Shown here piece by piece: positions 10,513 through 20,045 of a stretch of 32,000 nucleotides of DNA. The DNA lies in assembly GCF_001457595.1 (NCBI RefSeq), contig NZ_LN831039.1, positions 6,240,001-6,272,000 on the forward strand, written 5' to 3'. The first letter of the stretch is position 1; every line of letters begins with the position of its first letter. Made by a program: the position numbers and the translations under genes. The notes under the pieces were generated by a model. The model was not told the origin of the DNA, did no database searches, and saw only the letters and a program-made list of their open reading frames with translations. This DNA is from Mycolicibacterium smegmatis (GTDB lineage Bacteria; Actinomycetota; Actinomycetes; Mycobacteriales; Mycobacteriaceae).

Positions 10513-11229
10513 CTACCGGATCGGGACGAAGCCCGTGCCGGGACGGTTCTTGGCGGTGATGTCGGCCAGTTGAGTGTTGATCGACATGGTGACCGCGGGC
10601 GTGTGCAGCGGCACGAACTTCACGACGCACGTGGGCAGATCCTCGGTGAACGCGCCGTGGATCATGCCGACCAGCAGGTTGTTGACCGTCACGGGCGCCC
10701 CGGAGTCACCGGGCTGGCCGCACACCTGGTTGACGATGGTGCCGGGATCCTTGCCCGGGCCCCACGTCACGCCGCACGAATAGCCCGTGGTGCGGCCCAG
10801 CTTGCACGCGATCTCGCCGAACCGCGGATCCGGTCCGATGCCGTCGATACGGAACCCGTTGATGTTGTTGGTCGGCGTGACCTTCTGCGGGTCGAACTCG
10901 ATCACCGCGTAGTCGAGCAGGTCGTTGCCCGCGACCATCGTGCCCAGCACGCCCGCGGCGACGTCGCTCTCGGCGGCCACGGTCGCGCCGGGCCCGCCGC
11001 AGTGCGCAGAGGTGAACCCGATGAGCCGGCCCGCGTTGTCGTGGCCGATCGCGGTGAGGGTGCAGAACGACTCGCCGTCGACGACGATGCCCGACCCGCC
11101 GCCGAGCACCACGGGAGGTGCGGCTTGCGCGTGCCCCGAAGTCCACGGAGCAAGCACAGCGAACAAGGCAACAACCGGTGCACCAACAAGCAACCGCCAG
11201 CGGTGTCTGCTCGCCAACTGTCCTCCCAT
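10513..11229 (-). CDS. Secreted chymotrypsin-like serine protease (Rv3668c-like)
   Basis: 238 aa; signal peptide LLVGAPVVALFAVLAPWTSGHAQA; FTSAHCGG (His), DYAVIEFD (Asp), GQPGDSGAPV (Ser). Confidence 0.85.
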   Translation of the reverse strand: MGGQLASRHRWRLLVGAPVVALFAVLAPWTSGHAQAAPPVVLGGGSGIVVDGESFCTLTAIGHDNAGRLIGFTSAHCGGPGATVAAESDVAAGVLGTMVAGNDLLDYAVIEFDPQKVTPTNNINGFRIDGIGPDPRFGEIACKLGRTTGYSCGVTWGPGKDPGTIVNQVCGQPGDSGAPVTVNNLLVGMIHGAFTEDLPTCVVKFVPLHTPAVTMSINTQLADITAKNRPGTGFVPIR

Positions 11230-11359
11230 CGACGCGCCCGACCCGCGTAACCCAATGAACTACGGGGAAGTCTACTGGGGTCGGTTCACTGGCCCGGATC
11301 GTTTACCCCGTGCCCGCATGGCAACATGAACCGCGAAACGCATTGAATCCGGGGAGGAT

Positions 11360-11875
11360 GTGTCCGTGAGCATTGGCGACCGCAGGAACGGCGTACCGGC
11401 AACGGTGACCTCGATTCCGCTGGTGGATCCGCACGCCCCCAAGCCGGATCCGTCGATCGGCGATCTGGTCAAGGACGCCACCGCGCAGGTCTCGACGCTC
11501 GTGCGCGCCGAGGTGGAACTGGCCAAGGCCGAGATCACGCGCGACGTCAAGAAGGGCCTCACGGGCAGCGTCTTCTTCATCGCCGCGCTCGTGGTGCTGT
11601 TCTACTCGACGTTCTTTTTCTTCTTCTTCCTGGCCGAACTTCTCGACACGTGGCTGTGGCGGTGGGTCGCGTTCCTGATCGTGTTCGCCATCATGCTGGT
11701 GGTCACGGGCGCGCTGGCGCTGTTCGGTTTCCTCAAGGTGCGCCGTATCCGCGGGCCGCGCCAGACCATCGAATCCGTCAAGGAAACGCGTGAGGCACTG
11801 ACGCCGGGCCACGACAAGACCCCCGCTCAGGTCGACGCCGACGCCAAACCGGCCTCTGACCCGTCCGGCTGGTAA
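11360..11875 (+). CDS. Actinobacterial holin-X family / phage-holin-like membrane protein (Rv3669-like)
   Basis: 171 aa; DLVKDATAQVSTLVRAEVELAKAEITRDVKKG followed by two TM helices. GTG start. Confidence 0.78.
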   Translation: MSVSIGDRRNGVPATVTSIPLVDPHAPKPDPSIGDLVKDATAQVSTLVRAEVELAKAEITRDVKKGLTGSVFFIAALVVLFYSTFFFFFFLAELLDTWLWRWVAFLIVFAIMLVVTGALALFGFLKVRRIRGPRQTIESVKETREALTPGHDKTPAQVDADAKPASDPSGW

Positions 11876-12825
11876 TGCCGGCACCTGACCCCTCGGTCAC
11901 TCGGATCGACGGGCCGTGGCGGCATCTGCAGGTGCACGCCAACGGCATTCGCTTCCACGTCGTCGAAGCCGCGCCCGAGGCAGTCGAACCCGGAGTCACC
12001 AGCGATCGGCCGCTGGTCATCCTGCTGCACGGCTTCGGATCGTTCTGGTGGTCGTGGCGTCACCAACTCACGGGCCTGCGCGACGCGCGTGTGGTCGCGG
12101 TCGATCTGCGCGGGTACGGCGGCAGCGACAAACCGCCCCGCGGCTACGACGGCTGGACGCTGGCCGGCGACACCGCCGGTCTGGTGCGCGCGCTGGGCCA
12201 CACGTCCGCGACGCTCGTGGGTCACGCCGACGGCGGCCTGGTGTGCTGGGCGACCTCGGTGCTGCATCCGCGCGCGGTGAACGCGATCGCGGTCATCAGC
12301 TCCCCGCATCCGGTGGCGCTGCGCGCCTCGGCGTTGCGACGCCGCGATCAGGGCCGCGCGCTGCTGCCGTGGATGCTGGGCTACCAGGTGCCGATGTGGC
12401 CCGAGCGCAAGCTCACCCGCCACGACGCCGCCGAACTCGAGCGCGTGGTCCGCAGCCGCGCCGGGGACGCGTGGCAGCAGACCCCGGACTTCGCCGAGAC
12501 GATGCGACATCTGCGCCGCGCCATCCAGATTCCCGGTGCCGCGCACTCGGCGCTGGAATACCAGCGCTGGGCCGTGCGCAGCCAACTGCGCGGTGAGGGC
12601 AGGCGGTTCATGGCGTCGATGCGGCGACCGGTGAACGTACCGGTGCTGCACCTGCGTGGCGACGAGGATCCCTACGTGCTGCCCGACCCGGTGTACCGCA
12701 CGCAGCGGTTCGCGCCACACGGCCGGTACGTATCGATCACCGGCGCCGGGCATTTCGCGCACGAGGAGCAGCCCGACGCCGTCAACGAGCAGCTGGGCAG
12801 GTTCCTGACGCAGATCAGGAGTTGA
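11875..12825 (+). CDS. ephE: Alpha/beta hydrolase, epoxide hydrolase-like
   Basis: 316 aa; LVILLHGFGSFWWSWRHQL, VVAVDLRGYGGSDKP, GHADGGLVCWA nucleophile-elbow position, C-terminal GAGHFAHEEQPD. Confidence 0.85.
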   Translation: MPAPDPSVTRIDGPWRHLQVHANGIRFHVVEAAPEAVEPGVTSDRPLVILLHGFGSFWWSWRHQLTGLRDARVVAVDLRGYGGSDKPPRGYDGWTLAGDTAGLVRALGHTSATLVGHADGGLVCWATSVLHPRAVNAIAVISSPHPVALRASALRRRDQGRALLPWMLGYQVPMWPERKLTRHDAAELERVVRSRAGDAWQQTPDFAETMRHLRRAIQIPGAAHSALEYQRWAVRSQLRGEGRRFMASMRRPVNVPVLHLRGDEDPYVLPDPVYRTQRFAPHGRYVSITGAGHFAHEEQPDAVNEQLGRFLTQIRS

Positions 12826-14008
12826 TGCAGGTCCCGGTGGCGACGCGCTCGGTGTTGCCGATCTTGGCGAGCTGGCGCTCGACCTCCTTGGCGGTGAGCA
12901 CGAAGCCCGTGTCGACGTCGTCGACGGCCGCACCGAACACCACGCCGAGCACCTTGCCCGCCCGGTTGATCATCGGCCCACCCGAATTGCCTTGCCGCAC
13001 CGTTCCTCTGACGGTGTAAACCTCGCGGGTCACGGTGGTGGTGCGGTAGATGTCGGGTCCGTTGAGCTCGATGATCTCGCGCACCCGCGCGGGCGTGGCC
13101 AGGAAGTCGCCACCGCCCGGGTAGCCCATCACCACGGCATCGGTGCCCTGCGGCGCCGGGTCCGCCGCGAACGCCAGCGGCGCCGACGGCAGGTTCGGCA
13201 CGTCGAGGATCGAGATGTCGGCGTCGGGGTCGTACGAGACCACGTGCGCGTCGTAGGTCTCGCCGTCGACCTCCACGGTCACGCTGTCGGCACCGGCCAC
13301 CACGTGCGCGTTGGACATCACGCGGCTGGGCGCGACCACGAATCCACTGCCCTCCAACACCTTCTGGCAGCTCGGCGCGACGCCGCGGATCTTGACCACA
13401 CTGGGCCGCGTCGCGGCGACCACGGCGTCGTCGGCCAACGCCGCATCAGGCGCGTCGACGTTGACGATCGGGGTGCGGCCGAACGGCTCGAGCACATCGG
13501 GCAGGCCCGAGGTGTCCAGCAGCCCCGACAGCCGCGTCGGCACCTGGCGCAGCCACGTCGGCGCCACACGGTCCACCTCGGACAGCACCCGCGAACCCTT
13601 CACGGCGGCCGCGAGGTTCGGCTGGTCCGACGACGTCAGCAGGCTGCCCAGCAGCCACGCCGCGACCAGGACCGCGACGAGCATCAGGCTCACGCCGACG
13701 ACCGAGTCGAACGCGCGGAACAGTCCGCTGCGGATGGTGCCGCGCACCGCGCGACCCAGCACCACACCCGCGATCTCGCCGACCACGACGAGCGCGAGGA
13801 TGAGGAACAGCGTCACGAACAGTTTGGTGCGCGCGCCGTCCACGTGCGGGATCACGTGCGGGGCCAGCAGCACACCGGCCACCGCACCGAGCACGACGCC
13901 GATGAACGACATCAACGAGCCCAGCGCCCCCGAACGCCAACCCGAGATGGCGGCGACGAAGGCGATGGCGACGACGGCCAGATCAAGCCACAGCGAGGGT
14001 GTCATCAA
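12815..14008 (-). CDS. marP: Membrane-anchored periplasmic serine protease MarP
   Basis: 397 aa; four N-terminal TM helices (CvpA-like), GSGFVVAPSRVMSNAHVVAG, DPDADISILDVP, TVRQGNSGGPMINRAGKVLGVVFG. Confidence 0.92.
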   Translation of the reverse strand: MMTPSLWLDLAVVAIAFVAAISGWRSGALGSLMSFIGVVLGAVAGVLLAPHVIPHVDGARTKLFVTLFLILALVVVGEIAGVVLGRAVRGTIRSGLFRAFDSVVGVSLMLVAVLVAAWLLGSLLTSSDQPNLAAAVKGSRVLSEVDRVAPTWLRQVPTRLSGLLDTSGLPDVLEPFGRTPIVNVDAPDAALADDAVVAATRPSVVKIRGVAPSCQKVLEGSGFVVAPSRVMSNAHVVAGADSVTVEVDGETYDAHVVSYDPDADISILDVPNLPSAPLAFAADPAPQGTDAVVMGYPGGGDFLATPARVREIIELNGPDIYRTTTVTREVYTVRGTVRQGNSGGPMINRAGKVLGVVFGAAVDDVDTGFVLTAKEVERQLAKIGNTERVATGTCINS

Positions 14009-14793
14009 ATTCCAGTTCCACGATGGGCTTCACCGTAACTGCTCGCACGGCCGACTAGCGCCATTGCTTCCTCCAGTCCCCGCACGTCGTCGGTGTTCCA
14101 CGGCTTGGCCCAGCCCGCGACATCGAGCATCGCCGAGATCACCTGACCCGTGAAACCCCACACCAACATCTCGTTGAGCAGGAACGCCGGACCCGCGAAA
14201 CGGCTCGTGTTGCTCTCGCGGTACACCATCAGCCGGTTCTCCGGATTGATGAACGCGCGCACCGGCACCCGCGACACCGCCGCGGTCTCGGCCTCGTCGA
14301 CCACGGTCACCGGGCCCGGATCCGGCGAGTACGCCAGCACCGGGACGACGTGGAAGCCCGACGGCGGGATGAACATCTTGTCCAGCGTGGCCAGCGGGTG
14401 CAGCCGGCTGGTGTCGACGCCGGTCTCCTCGGTGGCCTCGCGGAATGCCGTCGCGACCGGGCCGGTGTCCCCGGGATCGGTGGCGCCGCCCGGGAACGCG
14501 GCCTGCCCGGCGTGGTGACGCAGCGTCGAGGCGCGGACCGTCACCAGCAGGTCGGCGTCGTCGGGCAGCACCCCCGCCGGCGCGTCCGGCGGGCCGGAGA
14601 ACAGCACCAGAACGGCCGCGTCGCGCCGCGAACCGGTTTCGGCGGCCTGATGATTGGCCTCGACGATGCTCGCGAGCACCTCGGGCGGGACCCGGCGGCG
14701 GTAGGCGTTCGGCACGTGCCCGACGTTGTCCAACAGCGGTCTGAGCCAGGGCGGGGCGGCGTCGGGAACCAGCCCCTCGGGCGTCGAACTCAC
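14005..14793 (-). CDS. NUDIX hydrolase, CoA pyrophosphatase-like (Rv3672c-like)
   Basis: 262 aa; GGATDPGDTGPVATAFREATEETGVD nudix box. Confidence 0.88.
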   Translation of the reverse strand: MSSTPEGLVPDAAPPWLRPLLDNVGHVPNAYRRRVPPEVLASIVEANHQAAETGSRRDAAVLVLFSGPPDAPAGVLPDDADLLVTVRASTLRHHAGQAAFPGGATDPGDTGPVATAFREATEETGVDTSRLHPLATLDKMFIPPSGFHVVPVLAYSPDPGPVTVVDEAETAAVSRVPVRAFINPENRLMVYRESNTSRFAGPAFLLNEMLVWGFTGQVISAMLDVAGWAKPWNTDDVRGLEEAMALVGRASSYGEAHRGTGI

Positions 14794-14804
14794 CCTCGGT
14801 GCTC

Positions 14805-15452
14805 CTATCGGCTCGATCGGATCAACTCATCGACCGCCGCCGCGATCTCGTCGGCGTCGACGAACGAGCGGGGCAGGATCTCGGCAACGCTACCGTCCGG
14901 ACGCAGCACAACGGTGGCAGGCATGACGTTGGGCACCTTGAGTGCCGCGGCGACCAGCCTGCGGCCGTCCTGCAACGTCGGCAGCCGCACGCCCAGTTCG
15001 GCGAGCCGCAGCAGCGCGGCCGTCTCGTTCTCATCCTGGTGCACCGTGAGCACCAGGACGTCGGGGTTGCGGCGCTGGTACTCGGCCATCGCGGGCAGTT
15101 CGTCGGCGCACGGGCCGCACCAGTACGCCCACAAATTCAGCACCACGGGCCGGCCGGCCAGCGCCGCGGCGACGTCGACCGGGTCTCCGTCGCCCGCGCA
15201 TTCGAGGGTCATCCCGCGCAGCGCCTCGGGTCCCTGCCCGTTTCCCGGGCCGGGGCACGGCGGCAGATCGGCGCGGGCGCGGGGTTCGGCGAGCGCCTCG
15301 GGGGTGTCGGCGTCGCGGTGGTCGCGCGCCGTCGCGCTGGGAGCCTCGGCACCCGGGGCCGCGCCGTCGTCACGCAACTCCAGCCAGAATGCGGTGCCCA
15401 ACGCCAGCAGAACCACCAGGACCGCGACGGTCCACCGGGTCGAGACGCTCAT
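14805..15452 (-). CDS. TlpA/ResA-like membrane-anchored thioredoxin-family protein (Rv3673c-like)
   Basis: From ATG 15452: MSVSTRWTVAVLVVLLALGTAFWLELRDDG..., LNLWAYWCGPCADELPAM (WCGPC). Track ORF is N-terminally over-extended. Confidence 0.85.
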   Translation of the reverse strand: MSVSTRWTVAVLVVLLALGTAFWLELRDDGAAPGAEAPSATARDHRDADTPEALAEPRARADLPPCPGPGNGQGPEALRGMTLECAGDGDPVDVAAALAGRPVVLNLWAYWCGPCADELPAMAEYQRRNPDVLVLTVHQDENETAALLRLAELGVRLPTLQDGRRLVAAALKVPNVMPATVVLRPDGSVAEILPRSFVDADEIAAAVDELIRSSR

Positions 15453-15466
15453 CGTGTGCCCACGGC

Positions 15467-16267
15467 TCACAAACCGGCCAGCGCCAGCAGATGCTCGGTC
15501 TCGGGGCCTTTGACCAGGGCGGCCGCGGTCGGCGGGTCGGTGGGGCCGATGCCGTACGACGGGCAGTCCTTGGCCAGCACGCACACGCCGCACGCGGGTT
15601 TACGGGCGTGGCACACGCGGCGGCCGTGGAAGATCACGCGGTGGCTCAGCAGGGTCCACTCGCTGCGTTCGATGAGCTCGGCCACCGCGAACTCGACCTT
15701 GACCGGATCCTCGTGGTCGGTCCAGCGCCAGCGGCGCACGAGCCGGCCGAAGTGCGTGTCGACCGTGATGCCGGGGATGTCGAAGGCGTTGCCCAGGATG
15801 ACGTTGGCGGTCTTGCGCCCGACTCCGGGCAGCGTGACCAGCTCGTCGAGGGTCTTGGGCACCTCACCGTCGAAGCGCTCGACGAGTTCCTGGCCGAGCT
15901 TGATCAGCGAGTTGGCCTTGTTCCGGTAGAACCCCGTTGGCCGGATCAGCTCTTCGAGTTCGGTGCGGTCGGCCTGCGCGTAGTCGAGCGCGGTGCGGTA
16001 CTTCTTGAACAGCGCGGGCGTGGTCAGGTTGACCCGCTTGTCGGTGCTCTGCGCCGACAGGATGGTCGCGACCGTGAGCTCGAGCGGGTTGGTGAAGTCC
16101 AGCTCGCAGTACACGTGCGGGAACGCCTTGGCCAGCGTCCGGTTCATCCGTCGGGCACGACGCACGAGACCCAGGTGCGTCTCGGAGTCCCACTTCTTCG
16201 CGTCCGACTTCTTTGGTTTCGCCGCCCGGGCGGCACCCGCACTCACGCCTGTCAGGGTACTGACCAC
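15467..16267 (-). CDS. nth: Endonuclease III
   Basis: [36 protein letters not shown]-terminal 4Fe-4S cysteines [17 protein letters not shown]. Exact start uncertain (GTG 16267 chosen). Confidence 0.9.
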   Translation of the reverse strand: MVSTLTGVSAGAARAAKPKKSDAKKWDSETHLGLVRRARRMNRTLAKAFPHVYCELDFTNPLELTVATILSAQSTDKRVNLTTPALFKKYRTALDYAQADRTELEELIRPTGFYRNKANSLIKLGQELVERFDGEVPKTLDELVTLPGVGRKTANVILGNAFDIPGITVDTHFGRLVRRWRWTDHEDPVKVEFAVAELIERSEWTLLSHRVIFHGRRVCHARKPACGVCVLAKDCPSYGIGPTDPPTAAALVKGPETEHLLALAGL

Positions 16268-16395
16268 GGCTGACGGTGCCCGATCGGCGTGTTGAGCCCG
16301 TATTGAGGCGAGGCGGCGGCGACACACCCGACCGGTGGCATTTGTGCCCCGGTTTGTGACCCTGCTGAGACCTGGGCCGTGTTAACTACTGGCTT

Positions 16396-16689
16396 GTGTC
16401 TTGGCTGCTGGTGGCGCTCACCCCGGGGTTGCTCATGCTGGCGACGTTCGGCCTGGACCGGCTCGAGGCCGGTCTGGCCCGCGAGCAGGCACCACGCCAG
16501 GTCAGGAGCACCGCTCGTGGCGCGGCCTCGGCCTTGGCGGCCCTGCCGGTGAGCGAGCTGCACCACCGCGAACTGGTCCTTCAGACCGTCGGTTCGAGCT
16601 CTTCCGACGCCCATCTACCGCTCCGGCGCAGCGATCCGCAGGCGACCAATCCGCAGTTTCCGGCGACTCGCCATGCCTATCGTGTGTAG
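16396..16689 (+). CDS. Small membrane protein (Rv3675-like)
   Basis: 97 aa; MSWLLVALTPGLLMLATFGLDRLEAGL single TM; conserved position upstream of crp. Confidence 0.6.
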   Translation: MSWLLVALTPGLLMLATFGLDRLEAGLAREQAPRQVRSTARGAASALAALPVSELHHRELVLQTVGSSSSDAHLPLRRSDPQATNPQFPATRHAYRV

Positions 16690-16778
16690 CGTTGGCTAGT
16701 CGCGAAACCGCGTACCTCTAGACTGAGCAGGCAATATCAGTCTGAGGTCTTACCACCCATTAGCTTAAGAGGGGCAAC

Positions 16779-17453
16779 GTGGACGAGATCCTGGCCAGGG
16801 CCGGAATCTTCCAGGGAGTCGAACCCACCGCCGTTGCGGCGCTGACCAAGCAGTTGCAGCCCGTCGACTTCCCGCGCGGACACACCGTGTTCGCCGAAGG
16901 TGAGCCCGGCGATCGGCTGTACATCATCATCTCCGGCAAGGTGAAGATCGGCCGCCGGTCCCCGGACGGTCGCGAGAACCTGCTGACCATCATGGGTCCG
17001 TCGGACATGTTCGGTGAGCTGTCGATCTTCGACCCCGGCCCCCGTACGTCCAGCGCGACCACGATCACCGAGGTGCGCGCGGTCTCGATGGACCGCGATG
17101 CGCTGCGCGCCTGGATCGCCGACCGGCCCGAGATCGCCGAGCAGCTGCTGCGCGTGCTCGCGCGCCGCCTGCGCCGCACCAACAACAACCTGGCGGATCT
17201 GATCTTCACCGACGTGCCCGGTCGTGTCGCCAAGCAGCTCCTGCAGCTGGCGCAGCGGTTCGGCACGCAGGAGGGCGGCGCGCTGCGCGTCACCCACGAC
17301 CTCACGCAGGAAGAGATCGCCCAGCTGGTCGGCGCGTCGCGCGAGACCGTCAACAAGGCGCTGGCCGACTTCGCCCACCGCGGCTGGATCCGCCTGGAGG
17401 GCAAGAGCGTGCTGATCTCCGACAGCGAGCGTCTGGCCCGCCGCGCCCGCTAG
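16779..17453 (+). CDS. crp: cAMP receptor protein (CRP/FNR family)
   Basis: 224 aa; cNMP-binding domain [18 protein letters not shown]; [36 protein letters not shown]. Confidence 0.96.
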   Translation: MDEILARAGIFQGVEPTAVAALTKQLQPVDFPRGHTVFAEGEPGDRLYIIISGKVKIGRRSPDGRENLLTIMGPSDMFGELSIFDPGPRTSSATTITEVRAVSMDRDALRAWIADRPEIAEQLLRVLARRLRRTNNNLADLIFTDVPGRVAKQLLQLAQRFGTQEGGALRVTHDLTQEEIAQLVGASRETVNKALADFAHRGWIRLEGKSVLISDSERLARRAR

Positions 17454-17465
17454 CACCTCGCCCCG

Positions 17466-17531
17466 TTCGCCGAAACGGCATTCCGTCAGGGAAGTGCAAG
17501 TCACCCCCTGCTGGAATGCGGTTTCGGCGAA
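17466..17531. repeat. Large inverted repeat / probable bidirectional terminator in the crp-MBL convergent gap
   Basis: TTCGCCGAAACGGCATTCC (17466-17484) versus GGAATGCGGTTTCGGCGAA (17513-17531), 18/19 complementary, with nested CAGGG (17487-17491)/CCCTG (17506-17510). Confidence 0.8.
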
Positions 17532-17537
17532 AGAACG

Positions 17538-18332
17538 TCAGTGCCGCAGGTAGTCGAGCTGGGCCTGAACGCTCTTCTCCGCGGCGTCCCACAGTTTCTC
17601 GTCGACGTCGGTGTAGACGTGTTCGACGACTTGGCGCGCGGTGGCATCGTCGCCGAGTTCGCGTAACGCCTCACGCACCTGCTCGAGCCGTTCCTCCCGG
17701 TGCGCCAGGTACATCTGCGCGACGCCCGACAGATCCCCGAGCTCGGGCCCGTGGCCGGGCAGCACAACCCGCTCACCGAGCCCCTTGAGCCGGTGCAGCG
17801 AATCGAGGTAGTCACGCAGGCTGCCGTCCTCGGTGTCGATGACGGTGGTGCCGCGACCCAGGACGGTGTCGGCGGTCAGCACCGCACCCGGCCCGTCGCC
17901 GTCGTCGAGCACGAACGACAACGAGTCCGCGGTGTGCCCGGGGGTCGCCATCACCGTGATGCGCAGGCCGGCCGCGTCGATCACCTCACCGTCGGTCAAC
18001 GGCCCGCCCAGTCCGCGCAGGAACCCGCTGCCCACCGAGCGCACCACCGCGCCGGTCCGCTCGACGATCTTGTCGATGCCGCCGGTGTGGTCCTCGTGCT
18101 TGTGGCTGATGAGCACCAGGCTGATCGTCCCGAGCTCGGCGACGCGTGCGATGTGCTCGTCGTCGTCGGGGCCCGGGTCGACCACCACGATCTCGTCGCT
18201 GCGGGGCGCACGCAGCACCCACGTGTTGGTGCCCTCCAGCGTCATCAGGCCCGGGTTGTTGCACAGCAGCACCGACGCCGATCCGGTCACCGGCCGCAAC
18301 AACCCGTAGGCGGGATGCTGGAGATCGCTCAC
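17538..18332 (-). CDS. Metallo-beta-lactamase-fold hydrolase (Rv3677c-like)
   Basis: From GTG 18332: MSDLQHPAYGLLRPVTGSASVLLCNNPGLMTLEGTNTWVLR..., SHKHEDHTGG, VLPGHGPELGD. Track ORF start at 18593 is over-extended. Confidence 0.9.
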   Translation of the reverse strand: MSDLQHPAYGLLRPVTGSASVLLCNNPGLMTLEGTNTWVLRAPRSDEIVVVDPGPDDDEHIARVAELGTISLVLISHKHEDHTGGIDKIVERTGAVVRSVGSGFLRGLGGPLTDGEVIDAAGLRITVMATPGHTADSLSFVLDDGDGPGAVLTADTVLGRGTTVIDTEDGSLRDYLDSLHRLKGLGERVVLPGHGPELGDLSGVAQMYLAHREERLEQVREALRELGDDATARQVVEHVYTDVDEKLWDAAEKSVQAQLDYLRH

Positions 18333-18805
18333 GCGAGTCCCGGCGTGACCTCGACGATGATCTCGACCTCGACGGGGGCGTTGATCGGCAACTCGGCCAC
18401 CCCGACCGCCGAGCGCGCGTGCGCGCCGGCGTCGCCGAAGATCTCGCCGAACAGTTCCGAGGCGCCGTTGACGACGCCGGGCTGCCCGCCGAAGCCGGGG
18501 GCCGACGCGACGAAGCCGACGACCTTGACCACCTTGACGACGGAATCGATGCCGACGAGCGCGTGCACGGCGGCCAGCGCGTTGAGGCCGCACACCCGTG
18601 CGAGCTCCTTGGCCTCCTCGGCGCTCACCTCGGCGCCGACCTTGCCCGCCTTGATCAGCTCACCGCCGCGGATGGGCAGCTGACCCGAGGTGTAGACGTG
18701 GTTGCCGGTGTGCACTGCAGGCACGTAGGCGGCCACGGGCGGGACGACGCCCGGCAGTTCGATGCCCAGCTCGGCCAGCCGTGCCGACCACGACGCGCCG
18801 CTCAC
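18329..18805 (-). CDS. RidA/YjgF-family protein (Rv3678c-like)
   Basis: 158 aa; MSGASWSARLAELGIELP..., TGNHVYTSGQLPIRGG; C-terminal VEIIVEVTP. GTG start, 4-bp overlaps both sides. Confidence 0.88.
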   Translation of the reverse strand: MSGASWSARLAELGIELPGVVPPVAAYVPAVHTGNHVYTSGQLPIRGGELIKAGKVGAEVSAEEAKELARVCGLNALAAVHALVGIDSVVKVVKVVGFVASAPGFGGQPGVVNGASELFGEIFGDAGAHARSAVGVAELPINAPVEVEIIVEVTPGLA

Positions 18806-18963
18806 TTCGGCCGCTTCAGGTAGGCGACGTGCTGCTCACCGGTCGGCCCGGGCAGGACCGAGACCAGTTCCCAGCCGTCGCTCCCCCACTGGTCAAGGAT
18901 CTGTTTGGTGGCATGTGTCAGCAACGGCACCGTGGCGTACTCCCAGCGAGTCGGTTCACTCAT
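18802..18963 (-). CDS. 53-aa conserved protein (Rv3678A-like, DUF4177-type); absent from supplied ORF track
   Basis: Manual translation: MSEPTRWEYATVPLLTHATKQILDQWGSDGWELVSVLPGPTGEQHVAYLKRPK*; GTGA-type overlap with the RidA gene. Confidence 0.85.
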   Translation of the reverse strand: MSEPTRWEYATVPLLTHATKQILDQWGSDGWELVSVLPGPTGEQHVAYLKRPK

Positions 18964-19010
18964 GGGGCGAGCTTATCGGTCGGGCTGCCGGGCTTGGTTA
19001 GCATGCACTG

Positions 19011-20045
19011 GTGGCAACCACAGAGAGCGGCGCCAAACATGTCGGTTGGCCGTCGCGGCTGACGAAGGCCAGACTGCATTTCGTATCCGGCAAGGGCGGA
19101 ACTGGCAAATCCACGATCGCCGCGGCGCTGGCCCTCGCACTCGCCGCGCACGGGCGCAGGGTCCTGCTCGTGGAGGTCGAGGAACGTCAGGGCATCGCGC
19201 AGCTGTTCGACGTCCCGCCGCTGCCGTACGAAGAGGTCAAGATCGCCACCGCGGAAGGCGGCGGACAGGTCAACGCCCTGGCCATCGACATCGAGGCCGC
19301 GTTCCTGGAATACCTCGACATGTTCTACAACCTCGGCCTCGCCGGCCGCGCGATGCGCCGCATCGGCGCCATCGAGTTCGCCACCACCATCGCGCCGGGT
19401 CTGCGTGACGTTCTGCTGACGGGCAAGATCAAAGAGATCGTGGTGCGCCCCAAGACCATGCGCGACGAGAAGCACAAGCGCAGCGGCTACGACGCCGTCG
19501 TCGTGGATTCCCCACCGACAGGCCGTATCTCGCGATTCCTCGACGTCACCAAGGCCGTCTCGGATCTGGCCAAGGGCGGGCCGGTGCACTCGCAGGCCGA
19601 AGGTGTGGTGAAGCTGCTGCACTCCGAGCAGACCGCGATCCATCTCGTGACGCTGCTGGAGGCACTGCCCATCCAGGAGACCCTGGAGGCCATCGACGAA
19701 CTCAAGGAACTGAACCTGCCGATCGGCAGCGTCATCGTCAACCGCAACATCCCCGCGTACCTGTCTCCGGACGACCTGGCCAAGGCCGCCGAGGGTGACC
19801 TCGACGCCGACACGATCCGCGCCGACCTGAGCAAGGCGGGAATCACGTTGTCGGACGAGAACTTTGCGGGTCTGCTCACCGAGGCGATCCAGCACGCGAC
19901 CCGCATCAAGGCCCGCAAGGAAAGCGCCGAACTGCTCGACGAGATCGACATCCCGCGCCTGGACCTGCCCGCACTGGCCGACGGTGTCGACCTGGGCAGC
20001 CTCTACGAACTCGCCGAAGAACTCGCCGCCCAGGGGGTCAGATGA
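19011..20045 (+). CDS. ArsA/GET3-like anion-transporting ATPase, first subunit (Rv3679-like)
   Basis: 344 aa; [35 protein letters not shown] (deviant Walker A); [17 protein letters not shown]. Confidence 0.92.
   Translation: MATTESGAKHVGWPSRLTKARLHFVSGKGGTGKSTIAAALALALAAHGRRVLLVEVEERQGIAQLFDVPPLPYEEVKIATAEGGGQVNALAIDIEAAFLEYLDMFYNLGLAGRAMRRIGAIEFATTIAPGLRDVLLTGKIKEIVVRPKTMRDEKHKRSGYDAVVVDSPPTGRISRFLDVTKAVSDLAKGGPVHSQAEGVVKLLHSEQTAIHLVTLLEALPIQETLEAIDELKELNLPIGSVIVNRNIPAYLSPDDLAKAAEGDLDADTIRADLSKAGITLSDENFAGLLTEAIQHATRIKARKESAELLDEIDIPRLDLPALADGVDLGSLYELAEELAAQGVR

Noticed and set aside
11360-11875. Holin-like protein as evidence for a prophage
   Set aside because: It is the conserved chromosomal Rv3669-like gene; no other phage genes are present. 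The FFFFFF run is ordinary TM composition.
16737-17504. 255-aa minus-strand ORF antisense to crp
   Set aside because: Shadow ORF; crp on the plus strand is unmistakable.
18333-18593. N-terminal extension of the MBL hydrolase ORF into ridA
   Set aside because: Extension is Arg-rich nonsense overlapping ridA; the GTG at 18332 gives a normal start.
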